Of a stretch of 64,000 nt of DNA, positions 1-15,000 are shown one piece after another. Source of the DNA: Eukaryota sp. GEM-RC1. Lineage: Eukaryota. The stretch is taken from contig JAUFOQ010000002.1 in NCBI GenBank assembly GCA_040285855.1, positions 62,001-126,000 of the forward strand, given 5' to 3'. The translations under genes and the position numbers were made by a program. The first letter of the stretch is position 1. Each line of letters starts with the position of its first letter. Under the pieces are notes generated by a model. It was not told the DNA's origin and ran no database searches. It saw only the letters and a program-made list of their open reading frames with translations.

Positions 1-3000
1 TTCCAACTTCTCCTTTTCCTGTTCAAGAGCAGTAATTCTTTGGTCAGCAGTGGTATTGTTAGATAGAGCATGGAGATTGTCTGTTAATAAAGAAATTTGG
101 GACTGTAACATTTGGATCTCATTGTTCAGTGATTCTTTTTCCTTTTCACTTTGACCTATTAGAGCTTCCATTTCATTTTCTAGTATACCAGCTCTGTCAA
201 CGGCAGCAGCTAACTGTTCCTGAACTTCATTCATCTGATTACCAATCTCTTCATGTAAGTTTTCCTCCTCAATGACTTCAGGGATACTGTTTAGTGCCTG
301 AAGCTCAGCCAACTTGGTTTTAGTGAGGGAATGTTGGTAAACTTCGTTGGAGAAGGCAACACTGGCCTGAGATAACTCTCTTTCTAACAGCTGGACTCGT
401 TCTACACCTTCAGCTTCCCGTTGAGTTAGATCCTCCAATTGTTCTTGAAGACTTGAAATTTTGTCATTAAACGAACTTTGTAATGAGTCAACATCAGCTA
501 TTTGTTTCTGCATCAATTCAGCAGTAGAATGTTGATGAGAATTTTCGAGTGCAGATACGATCTCCTCTAACTTTCTGATTTCAGAGGTTTTATCCAAAAT
601 AACAGATTCTTGACGCTTGAATTGGTCCATGAGGGATGAAGCTTTCACTAACTCAGACTCAAGAACATTAATCTTTTGAACACCTTCAGACTCACGCTGA
701 GTCAATTCATCCAAAGTGGACCTTAAATCAATCATCTTCGACTCATATGACGACTTCAATTTTGCAAGTTCTTGTTCCTGTTGACGTTCAATTTGATCAA
801 TTTCTATAGCGCGTTGTTTCTGGACATTTTCAATCTCTTGTTGAAGTTTCTTATTGAAAGCCAAAACTTCAGCCTCTTTAGCTTGAACTGCAGCTTGGAG
901 TGAATTATCCTTGACTTGGAGTTGTTCAACAAATGACTTGGTAGTTTCCAATTCACTTTCCACTTCTTGTAATTTATCTCGGTGAGCTGCCAAATCGTCT
1001 TCTGTTGTAGTGCGATGCTCTTCAGCTAAATTTAATTCAGTAGAAAGGTTCTGTAGTCTTGACTGGAGAGAATCTCGATGAGTTTTAGCACTCTGTAACT
1101 CAGTTGTTGCAGCTTCAAGTTGAGATCGTAAATGGTCAGCTTCGGACTTATAAACATTCAACTGTTGTTTCGTTTCATCGAGAGCTGTCTGTGCCTTTAA
1201 CAAAGCATCACTATCCTTCTTCATATGTTCTTCATGCTTTAGTAACTCAGACTCAAGAACATTAATCTTATGAACACCTTCAGACTCACGCTGAGTCAAT
1301 TCATCCAAAGTGGATCTTAATTCAGTCATTTTAGATTCGTAAAACTGCTTCAAACCATAAATCTCAGTCTGTTTCTTAGTTTGTAACTCTTTGATTTTCA
1401 ACTCTTTCTGTTGCTTTAAGTGTTGAATTTCAGATTTAAGACTGCTATTCAAGGAAGTTACTTCAGCCTCTTTAGCTTGAACTGCAGCTTGGAGTGAATT
1501 ATCCTTGACTTGGAGTTGTTCAACAAATGACTTAGTAGTTTCCAATTCACTTTCCACTTCCTGTAATTTCGCTTCACGCTTAGCAAGTTCTTCAGCAGTG
1601 AGAGTTCCTTTTTGTTTCGCGGATTCTAATTCAGTAGAAAGGTTCTGTAGTTTTGATCGAAGAGAATCTCGATGAGTTTTAGCACTTTGTAACTCAGTTG
1701 TTGCAGCTTCAAGTTGAGATCGTAATTGGTCAGCTTCGGACTTATATCGACGCAATTCCTCTTCAGTTCTCTTTTTAGCCTCTTGTTCTATTTGCAACAG
1801 TTCATTATCTTTTTTCATAGAGTTTTCATGCTTTAACAGTTCCGAGTGCAATAAACTGATTTTTTCAACACCTTCAGACTCACGCTGAGTCAATTCATCC
1901 AAAGTAGACCGTAAATCAATCATCTTCGACTCATATGACGACTTCAGTTTAGCAAGTTCTTGTTCCTGTTGACGTTCAATTTGATCAATTTCTATAACAC
2001 GTTGCTTTTGGACATTTTCAATTTCTTCTAGAAGTTTCTCATTGACAGCCAAAACTTCAGCCTCTTTAGCTTGAACTGCAGCTTGGAGTGAATTATCCTT
2101 GACTTGGAGTTGTTCAACAAATGACTTAGTAGTTTCAATTCACTTTCCACTTCTTGTAATTTCGCTTCACGCTTAGCAAGTTCTTCAGCAGTGAGAGTTC
2201 CTTTTTGTTTCGCGGATTCTAATTCAGTAGAAAGGTTCTGTAGTTTTGATCGAAGAGAATCTCGATGAGTTTTAGCACTTTGTAACTCAGTTGTTGCAGC
2301 TTCAAGTTGAGATCGTAATTGGTCAGCTTCGGACTTATATCGACGCAATTCCTCTTCAGTTCTCTTTTTAGCCTCTTGTTCTATTTGCAACAGTTCATTA
2401 TCTTTTTTCATAGAGTTTTCATGCTTTAACAGTTCCGAGTGCAATAAACTGATTTTTTCAACACCTTCAGACTCACGCTGAGTCAATTCATCCAAAGTAG
2501 ACCGTAAATCAATCATCTTCGACTCATATGACGACTTCAGTTTAGCAAGTTCTTGTTCCTGTTGACGTTCAATTTGATCAATTTCTATAACACGTTGCTT
2601 TTGGACATTTTCAATTTCTTCTAGAAGTTTCTCATTGACAGCCAATACTTCAGCCTCTTTAGCTTGAACTGCAGCTTGGAGTGAGTTATCCTTGACTTGG
2701 AGTTGTTCAACAAATGACTTAGTAGTTTCCAATTCACTTTCGACTTCTTGTAATTTCGCTTCACGCTTAGCAAGTTCTTCAGCAGTGAGAGTTCCTTTTG
2801 CTTCGCGGATTCTAATTCAGTAGAAAGGTTCTGTAGTTTTGATCGGAGAGAATCTCGATGAGTTTTAGCACTTTGTAGCTCAGTTGTTGCAGCTTCAAGT
2901 TGAGATCGTAATTGGTCAGCTTCGGACTTATATCGACGCAATTCCTCTTCAGTTCTCTTTTTAGCCTCTTGTTCTATTTGCAACAGTTCATTATCTTTTT

Positions 3001-6000
3001 TCATAGAGTTTTCATGCTTTAACAGTTCCGAGTGCAATAAACTGATTTTTTCAACACCTTCAGACTCACGCTGAGTCAATTCATCCAAAGTAGACCGTAA
3101 ATCAATCATCTTTGACTCATATGACGACTTTAGTTTAGCAAGTTCTTGTTCCTGTTGACGTTCAATTTGATCAATTTCTATAGCGCGTTGCTTTTGGACA
3201 TGATCAATTTCTTCTTGGAGTTTCTTATTGAATGCCAATACTTCAGCCTCTTTAGCTTGAACTGCAGCTTGGAGTGAATTATCTTTACCTTGTAGTTGTT
3301 CAACAAATGACTTGGTAGTTTCCAATTCACTTTCCACTTCCTGTAATTTCGCTTCACGTTTAGCAAGTTCTTCAGCAGTGATAGTTCCTTTTGCTTCGCG
3401 GATTCTAATTCAGTAGAAAGGTTATGTAGTCTTGACTGGAGAGAATCTCGATGAGTTTTAGCACTGTGTAACTCAGTTGTTGCAGCTTCAAGTTGAGATC
3501 GTAATTGGTCAGCTTCGGACTTATAAACATTCAACTGATGTTTCGTTTCATCGAGAGCTGTTTGTGCCTTTGACAAAGCATCACTATCCTTCTTCATATG
3601 TTCTTCATGCTTTAGTAACTCAGACTCAAGAACATTAATCTTTTCAACACCTTCAGACTCACGCTGAGTCAATTCATCCAAAGTGGACCGTAAATCAATC
3701 ATCTTTGACTCATATGACGACTTTAATTTTGCAAGTTCTTGTTCCTGTTGACGTTCAATTTGATCAATTTCTATGGCGCGTTGCTTTTGGACATTTTCAA
3801 TCTCTTGTTGAAGTTTCTTATTGAAAGATAAAACTTCAGCCTCTTTAGCTTGAACTGCAGCTTGGAGTGAATTATCTTTACCTTGTAGTTGTTCAACAAA
3901 TGACTTGGTAGTTTCCAATTCACTTTCCACTTCCTGTAATTTCGCTTCACGTTTAGCAAGTTCTTCAGCAGTGATAGTTCCTTTTTGCTTCGCGGATTCT
4001 AATTCAGTAGAAAGGTTATGTAGTCTTGACTGGAGAGAATCTCGATGAGTTTTAGCACTTTGTAACTCAGTTGTTGCAGCTTCAAGTTGAGATCGTAATT
4101 GGTCAGCTTCGGACTTATAAACATTCAACTGATGTTTCGTTTCATCGAGAGCTGTTTGTGCCTTTGACAAAGCATCACTATCCTTCTTCATATGTTCTTC
4201 ATGCTTTAGTAACTCAGACTCAAGAACATTAATCTTTTCAACACCTTCAGACTCACGCTGAGTCAATTCATCCAAAGTGGACCGTAAATCAATCATCTTT
4301 GACTCATATGACGACTTCAATTTTGCAAGTTCTTGTTCCTGTTGACGTTCAATTTGATCAATTTCTATGGCGCGTTGCTTTTGGACATTTTCAATCTCTT
4401 GTTGAAGCTTCTTATTGAAAGATAAAACTTCAGCCTCTTTAGCTTGAACTGCAGCTTGGAGTGAATTATCTTTACCTTGTAGTTGTTCAACAAATGACTT
4501 GGTAGTTTCCAATTCACTTTCCACTTCCTGTAATTTCGCTTCACGTTTAGCAAGTTCTTCAGCAGTGATAGTTCCTTTTTGCTTCGCGGATTCTAATTCA
4601 GTAGAAAGGTTATGTAGTCTTGACTGGAGAGAATCTCGATGAGTTTTAGCACTTTGTAACTCAGTTGTTGCAGCTTCAAGTTGAGATCGTAATTGGTCAG
4701 CTTCGGACTTATAAACATTCAACTGATGTTTCGTTTCATCGAGAGCTGTTTGTGCCTTTGACAAAGCATCACTATCCTTCTTCATATGTTCTTCATGCTT
4801 TAGTAACTCAGACTCAAGAACATTAATCTTTTCAACACCTTCAGACTCACGCTGAGTCAATTCATCCAAAGTGGATCGTAAATCAATCATCTTTGACTCA
4901 TATGACGACTTCAATTTTGCAAGTTCTTGTTCCTGTTGACGTTCAATTTGATCAATTTCTATAGCGCGTTGTTTTTGGACATTTTCAATCTCTTGTTGAA
5001 GTTTCTTATTGAATGCCAATACTTCAGCCTCTTTAGCTTGAACTGCAGCTTGGAGTGAATTATCTTTACCTTGTAGTTGTTCAACAAATGACTTGGTAGT
5101 TTCTAATTCACTTTCCACTTCCTGTAATTTCGCTTCACGTTTAGCAAGTTCTTCAGCAGTGAGAGTTCCTTTTGTTTCGCGGATTCTAATTCAGTAGAAA
5201 GGTTATGTAGTCTTGACTGGAGAGAATCTCGATGAGTTTTAGCACTGTGTAACTCAGTTGTTGCAGCTTCAAGTTGAGATCGTAAATGGTCAGCTTCGGA
5301 CTTATAAACATTCAACTGATGTTTCGTTTCATCAAGAGCTGTCTGTGCTTTTAACAAAGCATCACTATCCTTCTTCATATGTTCTTCATGCTTTAGTAAC
5401 TCAGACTCAAGAACATTAATCTTTTCAACACCTTCAGACTCACGCTGAGTCAATTCATCTAAAGTAGACCGTAAATCAATCATCTTTGACTCATATGACG
5501 ACTTCAGTTTAGCAAGTTCTTGTTCTTGTTGACGTTCAATTTGATCAATTTCTATGGCGCGTTGCTTTTGGACATTTTCAATCTCTTGTTGAAGTTTCTT
5601 ATTGAAAGATAAAACTTCAGCCTCTTTAGCTTGAACTGCAGCTTGGAGTGAATTATCTTTACCTTGTAGTTGTTCAACAAATGACTTGGTAGTTTCCAAT
5701 TCACTTTCCACTTCCTGTAACTTGGCTTCACGTTTAGCAAGTTCTTCAGCAGTGATAGTTCCTTTTGCTTCATGGATTCTAATTCAGTAGAAAGGTTATG
5801 TAGTCTTGACTGGATAGAATCTCGATGAGTTTTAGCACTTTGTAACTCAGTTGTTGCTGCTTCAAGTTGAGATCGTAATTGGTCAGCTTCGGACTTATAA
5901 ACATTCAACTGATGTTTCGTTTCATCGAGAGCTGTTTGTGCCTTTGACAAAGCATCACTATCCTTCTTCATATGTTCTTCATGCTTTAGTAACTCAGACT

Positions 6001-9000
6001 CAAGAACATTAATCTTTTCAACACCTTCAGACTCACGCTGAGTCAATTCATCTAAAGTAGACCTTAAATCAATCATCTTTGACTCATATGACGACTTCAA
6101 TTTAGCAAGTTCTTGTTCCTGTTGACGTTCAATTTGATCAATTTCTATGGCGCGTTGCTTTTGGACATTTTCAATCTCTTGTTGAAGTTTCTTATTGAAT
6201 GCCAATACTTCAGCCTCTTTAGCTTGAACTGCAGCTTGGAGTGAATTATCTTTACCTTGTAGTTGTTCAACAAATGACTTGGTAGTTTCCAATTCACTTT
6301 CCACTTCCTGTAATTTCGCTTCACGTTTAGCAAGTTCTTCAGCAGTGAGAGTTCCTTTTTGTTTCGCGGATTCTAATTCAGTAGAAAGGTTCTGTAGTCT
6401 AGATCGGAGAGAATCTCGATGAGTTTTAGCACTGTGTAACTCAGTTGTTGCAGCTTCCAGTTGAGATCGTAATTGGTCAGCTTCGGACTTATAAACATTC
6501 AACTGATGTTTCGTTTCATCGAGAGCTGTCTGTGCCTTTAACAAAGCATCACTATCCTTCTTCATATGTTCTTCATGCTTTAGTAACTCAGACTCAAGAA
6601 CATTAATCTTTTCAACACCTTCAGACTCACGCTGAGTCAATTCATCTAAAGTAGACCTTAAATCAATCATCTTTGACTCATATGACGACTTCAATTTAGC
6701 AAGTTCTTGTTCCTGTTGACGTTCAATTTGATCAATTTCTATGGCGCGTTGCTTTTGGACATTTTCAATCTCTTCTTGGAGTTTCTTATTGAATGCCAAT
6801 ACTTCAGCCTCTTTAGCTTGAACTGCAGCTTGGAGTGAATTATCTTTACCTTGTAGTTGTTCAACAAATGACTTGGTAGTTTCCAATTCACTTTCCACTT
6901 CCTGTAATTTCGCTTCACGTTTAGCAAGTTCTTCAGCAGTGAGAGTTCCTTTTTGTTTCGCGGATTCTAATTCAGTAGAAAGGTTCTGTAGTCTAGATCG
7001 GAGAGAATCTCGATGAGTTTTAGCACTGTGTAACTCAGTTGTTGCAGCTTCCAGTTGAGATCGTAATTGGTCAGCTTCGAACTTATAAACATTCAACTGA
7101 TGTTTCGTTTCATCGAGAGCTGTCTGTGCCTTTAACAAAGCATCACTATCCTTCTTCATATGTTCTTCATGCTTTAGTAACTCAGACTCAAGAACATTAA
7201 TCTTTTCAACACCTTCAGACTCACGCTGAGTCAATTCATCTAAAGTAGACCTTAAATCAATCATCTTTGACTCATATGACGACTTCAATTTAGCAAGTTC
7301 TTGTTCCTGTTGACGTTCAATTTGATCAATTTCTATGGCGCGTTGCTTTTGGACATTTTCAATCTCTTCTTGGAGTTTCTTATTGAATGCCAATACTTCA
7401 GCCTCTTTAGCTTGAACTGCAGCTTGGAGTGAATTATCTTTACCTTGTAGTTGTTCAACAAATGACTTGGTAGTTTCCAATTCACTTTCCACTTCCTGTA
7501 ATTTCGCTTCACGTTTAGCAAGTTCTTCAGCAGTGAGAGTTCCTTTTTGTTTCGCGGATTCTAATTCAGTAGAAAGGTTCTGTAGTCTAGATCGGAGAGA
7601 ATCTCGATGAGTTTTAGCACTGTGTAACTCAGTTGTTGCAGCTTCAAGTTGAGATCGTAATTGGTCAGCTTCGGACTTATAAACATTCAACTGATGTTTC
7701 GTTTCATCGAGAGCTGTCTGTGCCTTTAACAAAGCATCACTATCCTTCTTCATATGTTCTTCATGCTTTAGTAACTCAGACTCAAGAACATTAATCTTTT
7801 GAACACCTTCAGACTCACGCTGAGTCAATTCATCCAAAGTGGACCGTAAATCAATCATCTTTGACTCATATGACGACTTCAATTTTGCAAGTTCTTGTTC
7901 CTGTTGACGTTCAATTTGATCAATTTCTATGGCGCGTTGCTTTTGGACATTTTCAATCTCTTGTTGAAGTTTCTTATTGAATGCTAATACTTCAGCCTCT
8001 TTAGCTTGAACTGCAGCTTGGAGTGAATTATCTTTACCTTGTAGTTGTTCAACAAATGACTTAGTAGTTTCCAATTCAATTTCCACTTCTTGTAATTTCG
8101 CTTCACGTTTAGCAAGTTCTTCAGCAGTGAGAGTTCCTGCTTGTTTCGCCGCTAGTAATTCAGTAGAAAGGTTCTGTAGTCTAGATCGGAGAGAATCTCG
8201 ATGAGTTTTAGCACTCTGTAACTCAGTTGTTGCAGCTTCAAGTTGAGATCGTAATTGGTCAGCTTCGGACTTATAAACATTCAACTGATGTTTCGTTTCA
8301 TCGAGAGCTGTCTGTGCCTTTAACAAAGCATCACTATCCTTCTTCATATGTTCTTCATGCTTTAGTAACTCAGACTCAAGAACATTAATCTTTTGAACAC
8401 CTTCAGACTCACGCTGAGTCAATTCATCCAAAGTGGACCGTAAATCAATCATCTTTGACTCATATGACGACTTCAATTTTGCAAGTTCTTGTTCCTGTTG
8501 ACGTTCAATTTGATCAATTTCTATGGCGCGTTGCTTTTGGACATTTTCAATCTCTTGTTGAAGTTTCTTATTGAATGCTAATACTTCAGCCTCTTTAGCT
8601 TGAACTGCAGCTTGGAGTGAATTATCTTTACCTTGTAGTTGTTCAACAAATGACTTAGTAGTTTCCAATTCAATTTCCACTTCTTGTAATTTCGCTTCAC
8701 GTTTAGCAAGTTCTTCAGCAGTGAGAGTTCCTGCTTGTTTCGCCGCTAGTAATTCAGTAGAAAGGTTCTGTAGTCTAGATCGGAGAGAATCTCGATGAGT
8801 TTTAGCACTGTGTAGCTCAGTTGTTGCAGCTTCAAGTTGAGATCGTAATTGGTCAGCTTCGGACTTATAAACATTCAACTGATGTTTCGTTTCATCAAGA
8901 GCTGTCTGTGCTTTTAACAAAGCATCACTATCCTTCTTCATATGTTCTTCATGCTTTAGTAACTCAGACTCAAGTACATTAATCTTTTGAACACCTTCAG

Positions 9001-12000
9001 ACTCACGCTGAGTCAATTCATCCAAAGTGGACCGTAAATCAATCATCTTTGACTCATATGACGACTTCAATTTTGCAAGTTCTTGTTCCTGTTGACGTTC
9101 AATTTGATCAATTTCTATGGCGCGTTGCTTTTGGACATTTTCAATCTCTTGTTGAAGTTTCTTATTGAATGCCAATACTTCAGCCTCTTTAGCTTGAACT
9201 GCAGCTTGGAGTGAATTATCTTTACCTTGTAGTTGTTCAACAAATGACTTAGTAGTTTCCAATTCAATTTCCACTTCTTGTAATTTCGCTTCACGTTTAG
9301 CAAGTTCTTCAGCAGTGAGAGTTCCTGCTTGTTTCGCCGCTAGTAATTCAGTAGAAAGGTTCTGTAGTCTAGATCGGAGAGAATCTCGATGAGTTTTAGC
9401 ACTGTGTAGCTCAGTTGTTGCAGCTTCAAGTTGAGATCGTAATTGGTCAGCTTCGGACTTATAAACATTCAACTGATGTTTCGTTTCATCAAGAGCTGTC
9501 TGTGCTTTTAACAAAGCATCACTATCCTTCTTCATATGTTCTTCATGCTTTAGTAACTCAGACTCAAGTACATTAATCTTTTGAACACCTTCAGACTCAC
9601 GCTGAGTCAATTCATCCAAAGTGGACCGTAAATCAATCATCTTTGACTCATATGACGACTTCAATTTTGCAAGTTCTTGTTCCTGTTGACGTTCAATTTG
9701 ATCAATTTCTATGGCGCGTTGCTTTTGGACATTTTCAATCTCTTGTTGAAGTTTCTTATTGAATGCCAATACTTCAGCCTCTTTAGCTTGAACTGCAGCT
9801 TGGAGTGAATTATCTTTACCTTGTAGTTGTTCAACAAATGACTTAGTAGTTTCCAATTCACTTTCCACTTCTTGTAATTTCGCTTCACGCTTAGCAAGTT
9901 CTTCAGCAGTGAGAGTTCCTGCTTGTTTAGCCGCTAGTAACTCAGTAGAAAGGTTCTGTAGTCTGGATCGGAGAGAATCTCGATGAGTTTTAGCACTCTG
10001 TAACTCAGTTGTTGCAGCTTCAAGTTGAGATCGTAATTGGTCAGCTTCGGACTTATAAACATTCAACTGATGTTTCGTTTCATCGAGAGCTGTCTGTGCC
10101 TTTAACAAAGCATCACTATCCTTCTTCATATGTTCTTCATGCTTTAGTAACTCAGACTCAAGAACATTAATCTTTTGAACACCTTCAGACTCACGCTGAG
10201 TCAATTCATCCAAAGTGGACCGTAAATCAATCATCTTTGACTCATATGACGACTTCAATTTTGCAAGTTCTTGTTCCTGTTGACGTTCAATTTGATCAAT
10301 TTCTATGGCGCGTTGCTTTTGGACATTTTCAATCTCTTGTTGAAGTTTCTTATTGAATGCTAATACTTCAGCCTCTTTAGCTTGAACTGCAGCTTGGAGT
10401 GAATTATCTTTACCTTGTAGTTGTTCAACAAATGACTTAGTAGTTTCCAATTCACTTTCCACTTCTTGTAATTTCGCTTCACGCTTAGCAAGTTCTTCAG
10501 CAGTGAGAGTTCCTGCTTGTTTAGCCGCTAGTAACTCAGTAGAAAGGTTCTGTAGTCTGGATCGGAGAGAATCTCGATGAGTTTTAGCACTCTGTAACTC
10601 AGTTGTTGCAGCTTCAAGTTGAGATCGTAATTGGTCAGCTTCGGACTTATAAACATTCAACTGATGTTTCGTTTCATCGAGAGCTGTCTGTGCCTTTAAC
10701 AAAGCATCACTATCCTTCTTCATATGTTCTTCATGCTTTAGTAACTCAGACTCAAGAACATTAATCTTTTGAACACCTTCAGACTCACGCTGAGTCAATT
10801 CATCCAAAGTGGACCGTAAATCAATCATCTTTGACTCATATGACGACTTCAATTTTGCAAGTTCTTGTTCCTGTTGACGTTCAATTTGATCAATTTCTAT
10901 GGCGCGTTGCTTTTGGACATTTTCAATCTCTTGTTGAAGTTTCTTATTGAATGCTAATACTTCAGCCTCTTTAGCTTGAACTGCAGCTTGGAGTGAATTA
11001 TCTTTACCTTGTAGTTGTTCAACAAATGACTTAGTAGTTTCCAATTCACTTTCCACTTCTTGTAATTTCGCTTCACGCTTAGCAAGTTCTTCAGCAGTGA
11101 GAGTTCCTGCTTGTTTAGCCGCTAGTAACTCAGTAGAAAGGTTCTGTAGTCTGGATCGGAGAGAATCTCGATGAGTTTTAGCACTCTGTAACTCAGTTGT
11201 TGCAGCTTCAAGTTGAGATCGTAATTGGTCAGCTTCGGACTTATAAACATTCAACTGATGTTTCGTTTCATCGAGAGCTGTCTGTGCCTTTAACAAAGCA
11301 TCACTATCCTTCTTCATATGTTCTTCATGCTTTAGTAACTCAGACTCAAGAACATTAATCTTTTGAACACCTTCAGACTCACGCTGAGTCAATTCATCCA
11401 AAGTGGACCGTAAATCAATCATCTTTGACTCATATGACGACTTCAATTTTGCAAGTTCTTGTTCCTGTTGACGTTCAATTTGATCAATTTCTATGGCGCG
11501 TTGCTTTTGGACATTTTCAATCTCTTGTTGAAGTTTCTTATTGAATGCTAATACTTCAGCCTCTTTAGCTTGAACTGCAGCTTGGAGTGAATTATCTTTA
11601 CCTTGTAGTTGTTCAACAAATGACTTAGTAGTTTCCAATTCACTTTCCACTTCTTGTAATTTCGCTTCACGCTTAGCAAGTTCTTCAGCAGTGAGAGTTC
11701 CTGCTTGTTTAGCCGCTAGTAACTCAGTAGAAAGGTTCTGTAGTCTGGATCGGAGAGAATCTCGATGAGTTTTAGCACTCTGTAACTCAGTTGTTGCAGC
11801 TTCAAGTTGAGATCGTAATTGGTCAGCTTCGGACTTATAAACATTCAACTGATGTTTCGTTTCATCGAGAGCTGTCTGTGCCTTTAACAAAGCATCACTA
11901 TCCTTCTTCATATGTTCTTCATGCTTTAGTAACTCAGACTCAAGAACATTAATCTTTTGAACACCTTCAGACTCACGCTGAGTCAATTCATCCAAAGTGG

Positions 12001-15000
12001 ACCGTAAATCAATCATCTTTGACTCATATGACGACTTCAATTTTGCAAGTTCTTGTTCCTGTTGACGTTCAATTTGATCAATTTCTATGGCGCGTTGCTT
12101 TTGGACATTTTCAATCTCTTGTTGAAGTTTCTTATTGAATGCTAATACTTCAGCCTCTTTAGCTTGAACTGCAGCTTGGAGTGAATTATCTTTACCTTGT
12201 AGTTGTTCAACAAATGACTTAGTAGTTTCCAATTCACTTTCCACTTCTTGTAATTTCGCTTCACGCTTAGCAAGTTCTTCAGCAGTGAGAGTTCCTGCTT
12301 GTTTAGCCGCTAGTAACTCAGTAGAAAGGTTCTGTAGTCTGGATCGGAGAGAATCTCGATGAGTTTTAGCACTCTGTAACTCAGTTGTTGCAGCTTCAAG
12401 TTGAGATCGTAATTGGTCAGCTTCGGACTTATAAACATTCAACTGATGTTTCGTTTCATCGAGAGCTGTCTGTGCCTTTAACAAAGCATCACTATCCTTC
12501 TTCATATGTTCTTCATGCTTTAGTAACTCAGACTCAAGAACATTAATCTTTTGAACACCTTCAGACTCACGCTGAGTCAATTCATCCAAAGTGGACCGTA
12601 AATCAATCATCTTTGACTCATATGACGACTTCAATTTTGCAAGTTCTTGTTCCTGTTGACGTTCAATTTGATCAATTTCTATGGCGCGTTGCTTTTGGAC
12701 ATTTTCAATCTCTTGTTGAAGTTTCTTATTGAATGCTAATACTTCAGCCTCTTTAGCTTGAACTGCAGCTTGGAGTGAATTATCTTTACCTTGTAGTTGT
12801 TCAACAAATGACTTAGTAGTTTCCAATTCACTTTCCACTTCTTGTAATTTCGCTTCACGCTTAGCAAGTTCTTCAGCAGTGAGAGTTCCTGCTTGTTTAG
12901 CCGCTAGTAACTCAGTAGAAAGGTTCTGTAGTCTGGATCGGAGAGAATCTCGATGAGTTTTAGCACTCTGTAACTCAGTTGTTGCAGCTTCAAGTTGAGA
13001 TCGTAATTGGTCAGCTTCGGACTTATAAACATTCAACTGATGTTTCGTTTCATCGAGAGCTGTCTGTGCCTTTAACAAAGCATCACTATCCTGCTTCATA
13101 TGTTCTTCATGCTTTAGTAACTCAGACTCAAGAACATTAATCTTTTGAACACCTTCAGACTCACGCTGAGTCAATTCATCCAAAGTGGACCGTAAATCAA
13201 TCATCTTTGACTCATATGACGACTTCAATTTTGCAAGTTCTTGTTCCTGTTGACGTTCAATTTGATCAATTTCTATAGCGCGTTGCTTTTGGACATTTTC
13301 AATCTCCTGTTGAAGTTTCTTATTGAATGCCAATACTTCAGCCTCTTTAGCTTGAACTGCAGCTTGGAGTGAATTATCTTTACCTTGTAGTTGTTCAACA
13401 AATGACTTAGTAGTTTCCAATTCACTTTCCATTTCCTGTAATTTGGCTTCACGTTTAGCAAGTTCTTCAGCAGTGAGAGTTCCTGCTTGTTTAGCCGCAA
13501 GTAATTCAGTAGAAAGGTTCTGTAGTCTAGATCGGAGAGAATCTCGATGAGTTTTAGCACTCTGTAACTCAGTTGTTGCAGCTTCAAGTTGAGATCGTAA
13601 TTGGTCAGCTTCGGACTTATAAACATTCAACTGATGTTTCGTTTCATCGAGAGCTGTTTGTGCCTTTGACAATGCATCACTATCCTTCTTCATATGTTCT
13701 TCATGTTTTAGTAACTCAGACTCAAGAACATTAATCTTTTGAACACCTTCAGACTCACGCTGAGTCAATTCATCCAAAGAAGACCTTAATTCAGAAATTT
13801 TGCCAGTAAGTGAAGATTGCAGTTTGTCAAATTCAATTTGTTGATGACGTTCAATTTGATCAATTTCTAAAATACGCTGTTTCTGGACATTTTCAATCTC
13901 TTGTTGAAGTTTCTTATTGATAGCCAATACTTCAGACTCTTTAGCTTGAACTGCAGCTTGGAGTGAATTATCCTTGACTTGGAGTTGTTCAACAAATGAC
14001 TTAGTAGTTTCCAATTCACTTTCCACTTCTTGTAATTTCGCTTCACGTTTAGCAAGTTCTTCGGCAGTGAGAGTTCCTGCTTGTTTAGCCGCTATTAATT
14101 CAGTAGAAAGGTTCTGTAGTCTGGATCGGAGAGAATCTCGATGAGTTTTAGCACTGTGTAACTCAGTTGTTGCAGCGTCCAGTTGAGATCGTAATTGGTC
14201 AGCTTCGGACTTATAAACATTCAACTGATGTTTGGTTTCATCGAGAGCTGTCTGTGCCTTTAACAAAGCATCACTATCCTTCTTCATATGCTCTTCATGC
14301 TTTAGTAACTCAGATTTTAGAACATTAATCTTTTGAACACCTTCAGACTCACGCTGAGTCAATTCATCCAAAGTGGACCTTAATTCAGTAATTTTGCCGG
14401 TAAGTGAAGATTGCAGTTTGTCAAATTCAATTTGTTGATGACGTTCAATTTGATCAATTTCTATAGCGCGTTGCTTTTGGACATTTTCAATCTCTTGTTG
14501 AAGTTTCTTATTGAATGCCAATACTTCAGCCTCTTTAGCTTGAACTGCAGCTTGGAGTGAATTATCCTTGACTTGGAGTTGTTCAACAAATGACTTAGTA
14601 GTTTCCAATTCACTTTCCACTTCTTGTAATTTCGCTTCACGCTTAGCAAGTTCTTCAGCAGTGAGGTTTCCTTCTTGTTTAGCCGCTAGTAATTCAGTAG
14701 AAAGGTTCTGTAGTCTGGATCGGAGAGAATCTCGATGAGTTTTAGCACTTTGTAACTCAGTTGTTGCAGCTTCAAGTTGAGTTCGTAATTGGTCAGCTTC
14801 AGACTTATAAACATTCAACTGATGTTTCGTTTCATCGAGAGCTGTCTGTGCCTTTAACAAAGCATCACTATCCTTCTTCATATGTTCTTCATGCTTTAGT
14901 AACTCAGACTCAAGAACATTAATCTTTTGAACACCTTCAGACTCACGCTGAGTCAATTCATCCAAAGTAGACCTTAATTCAGTAATTTTGCCGGTAAGTG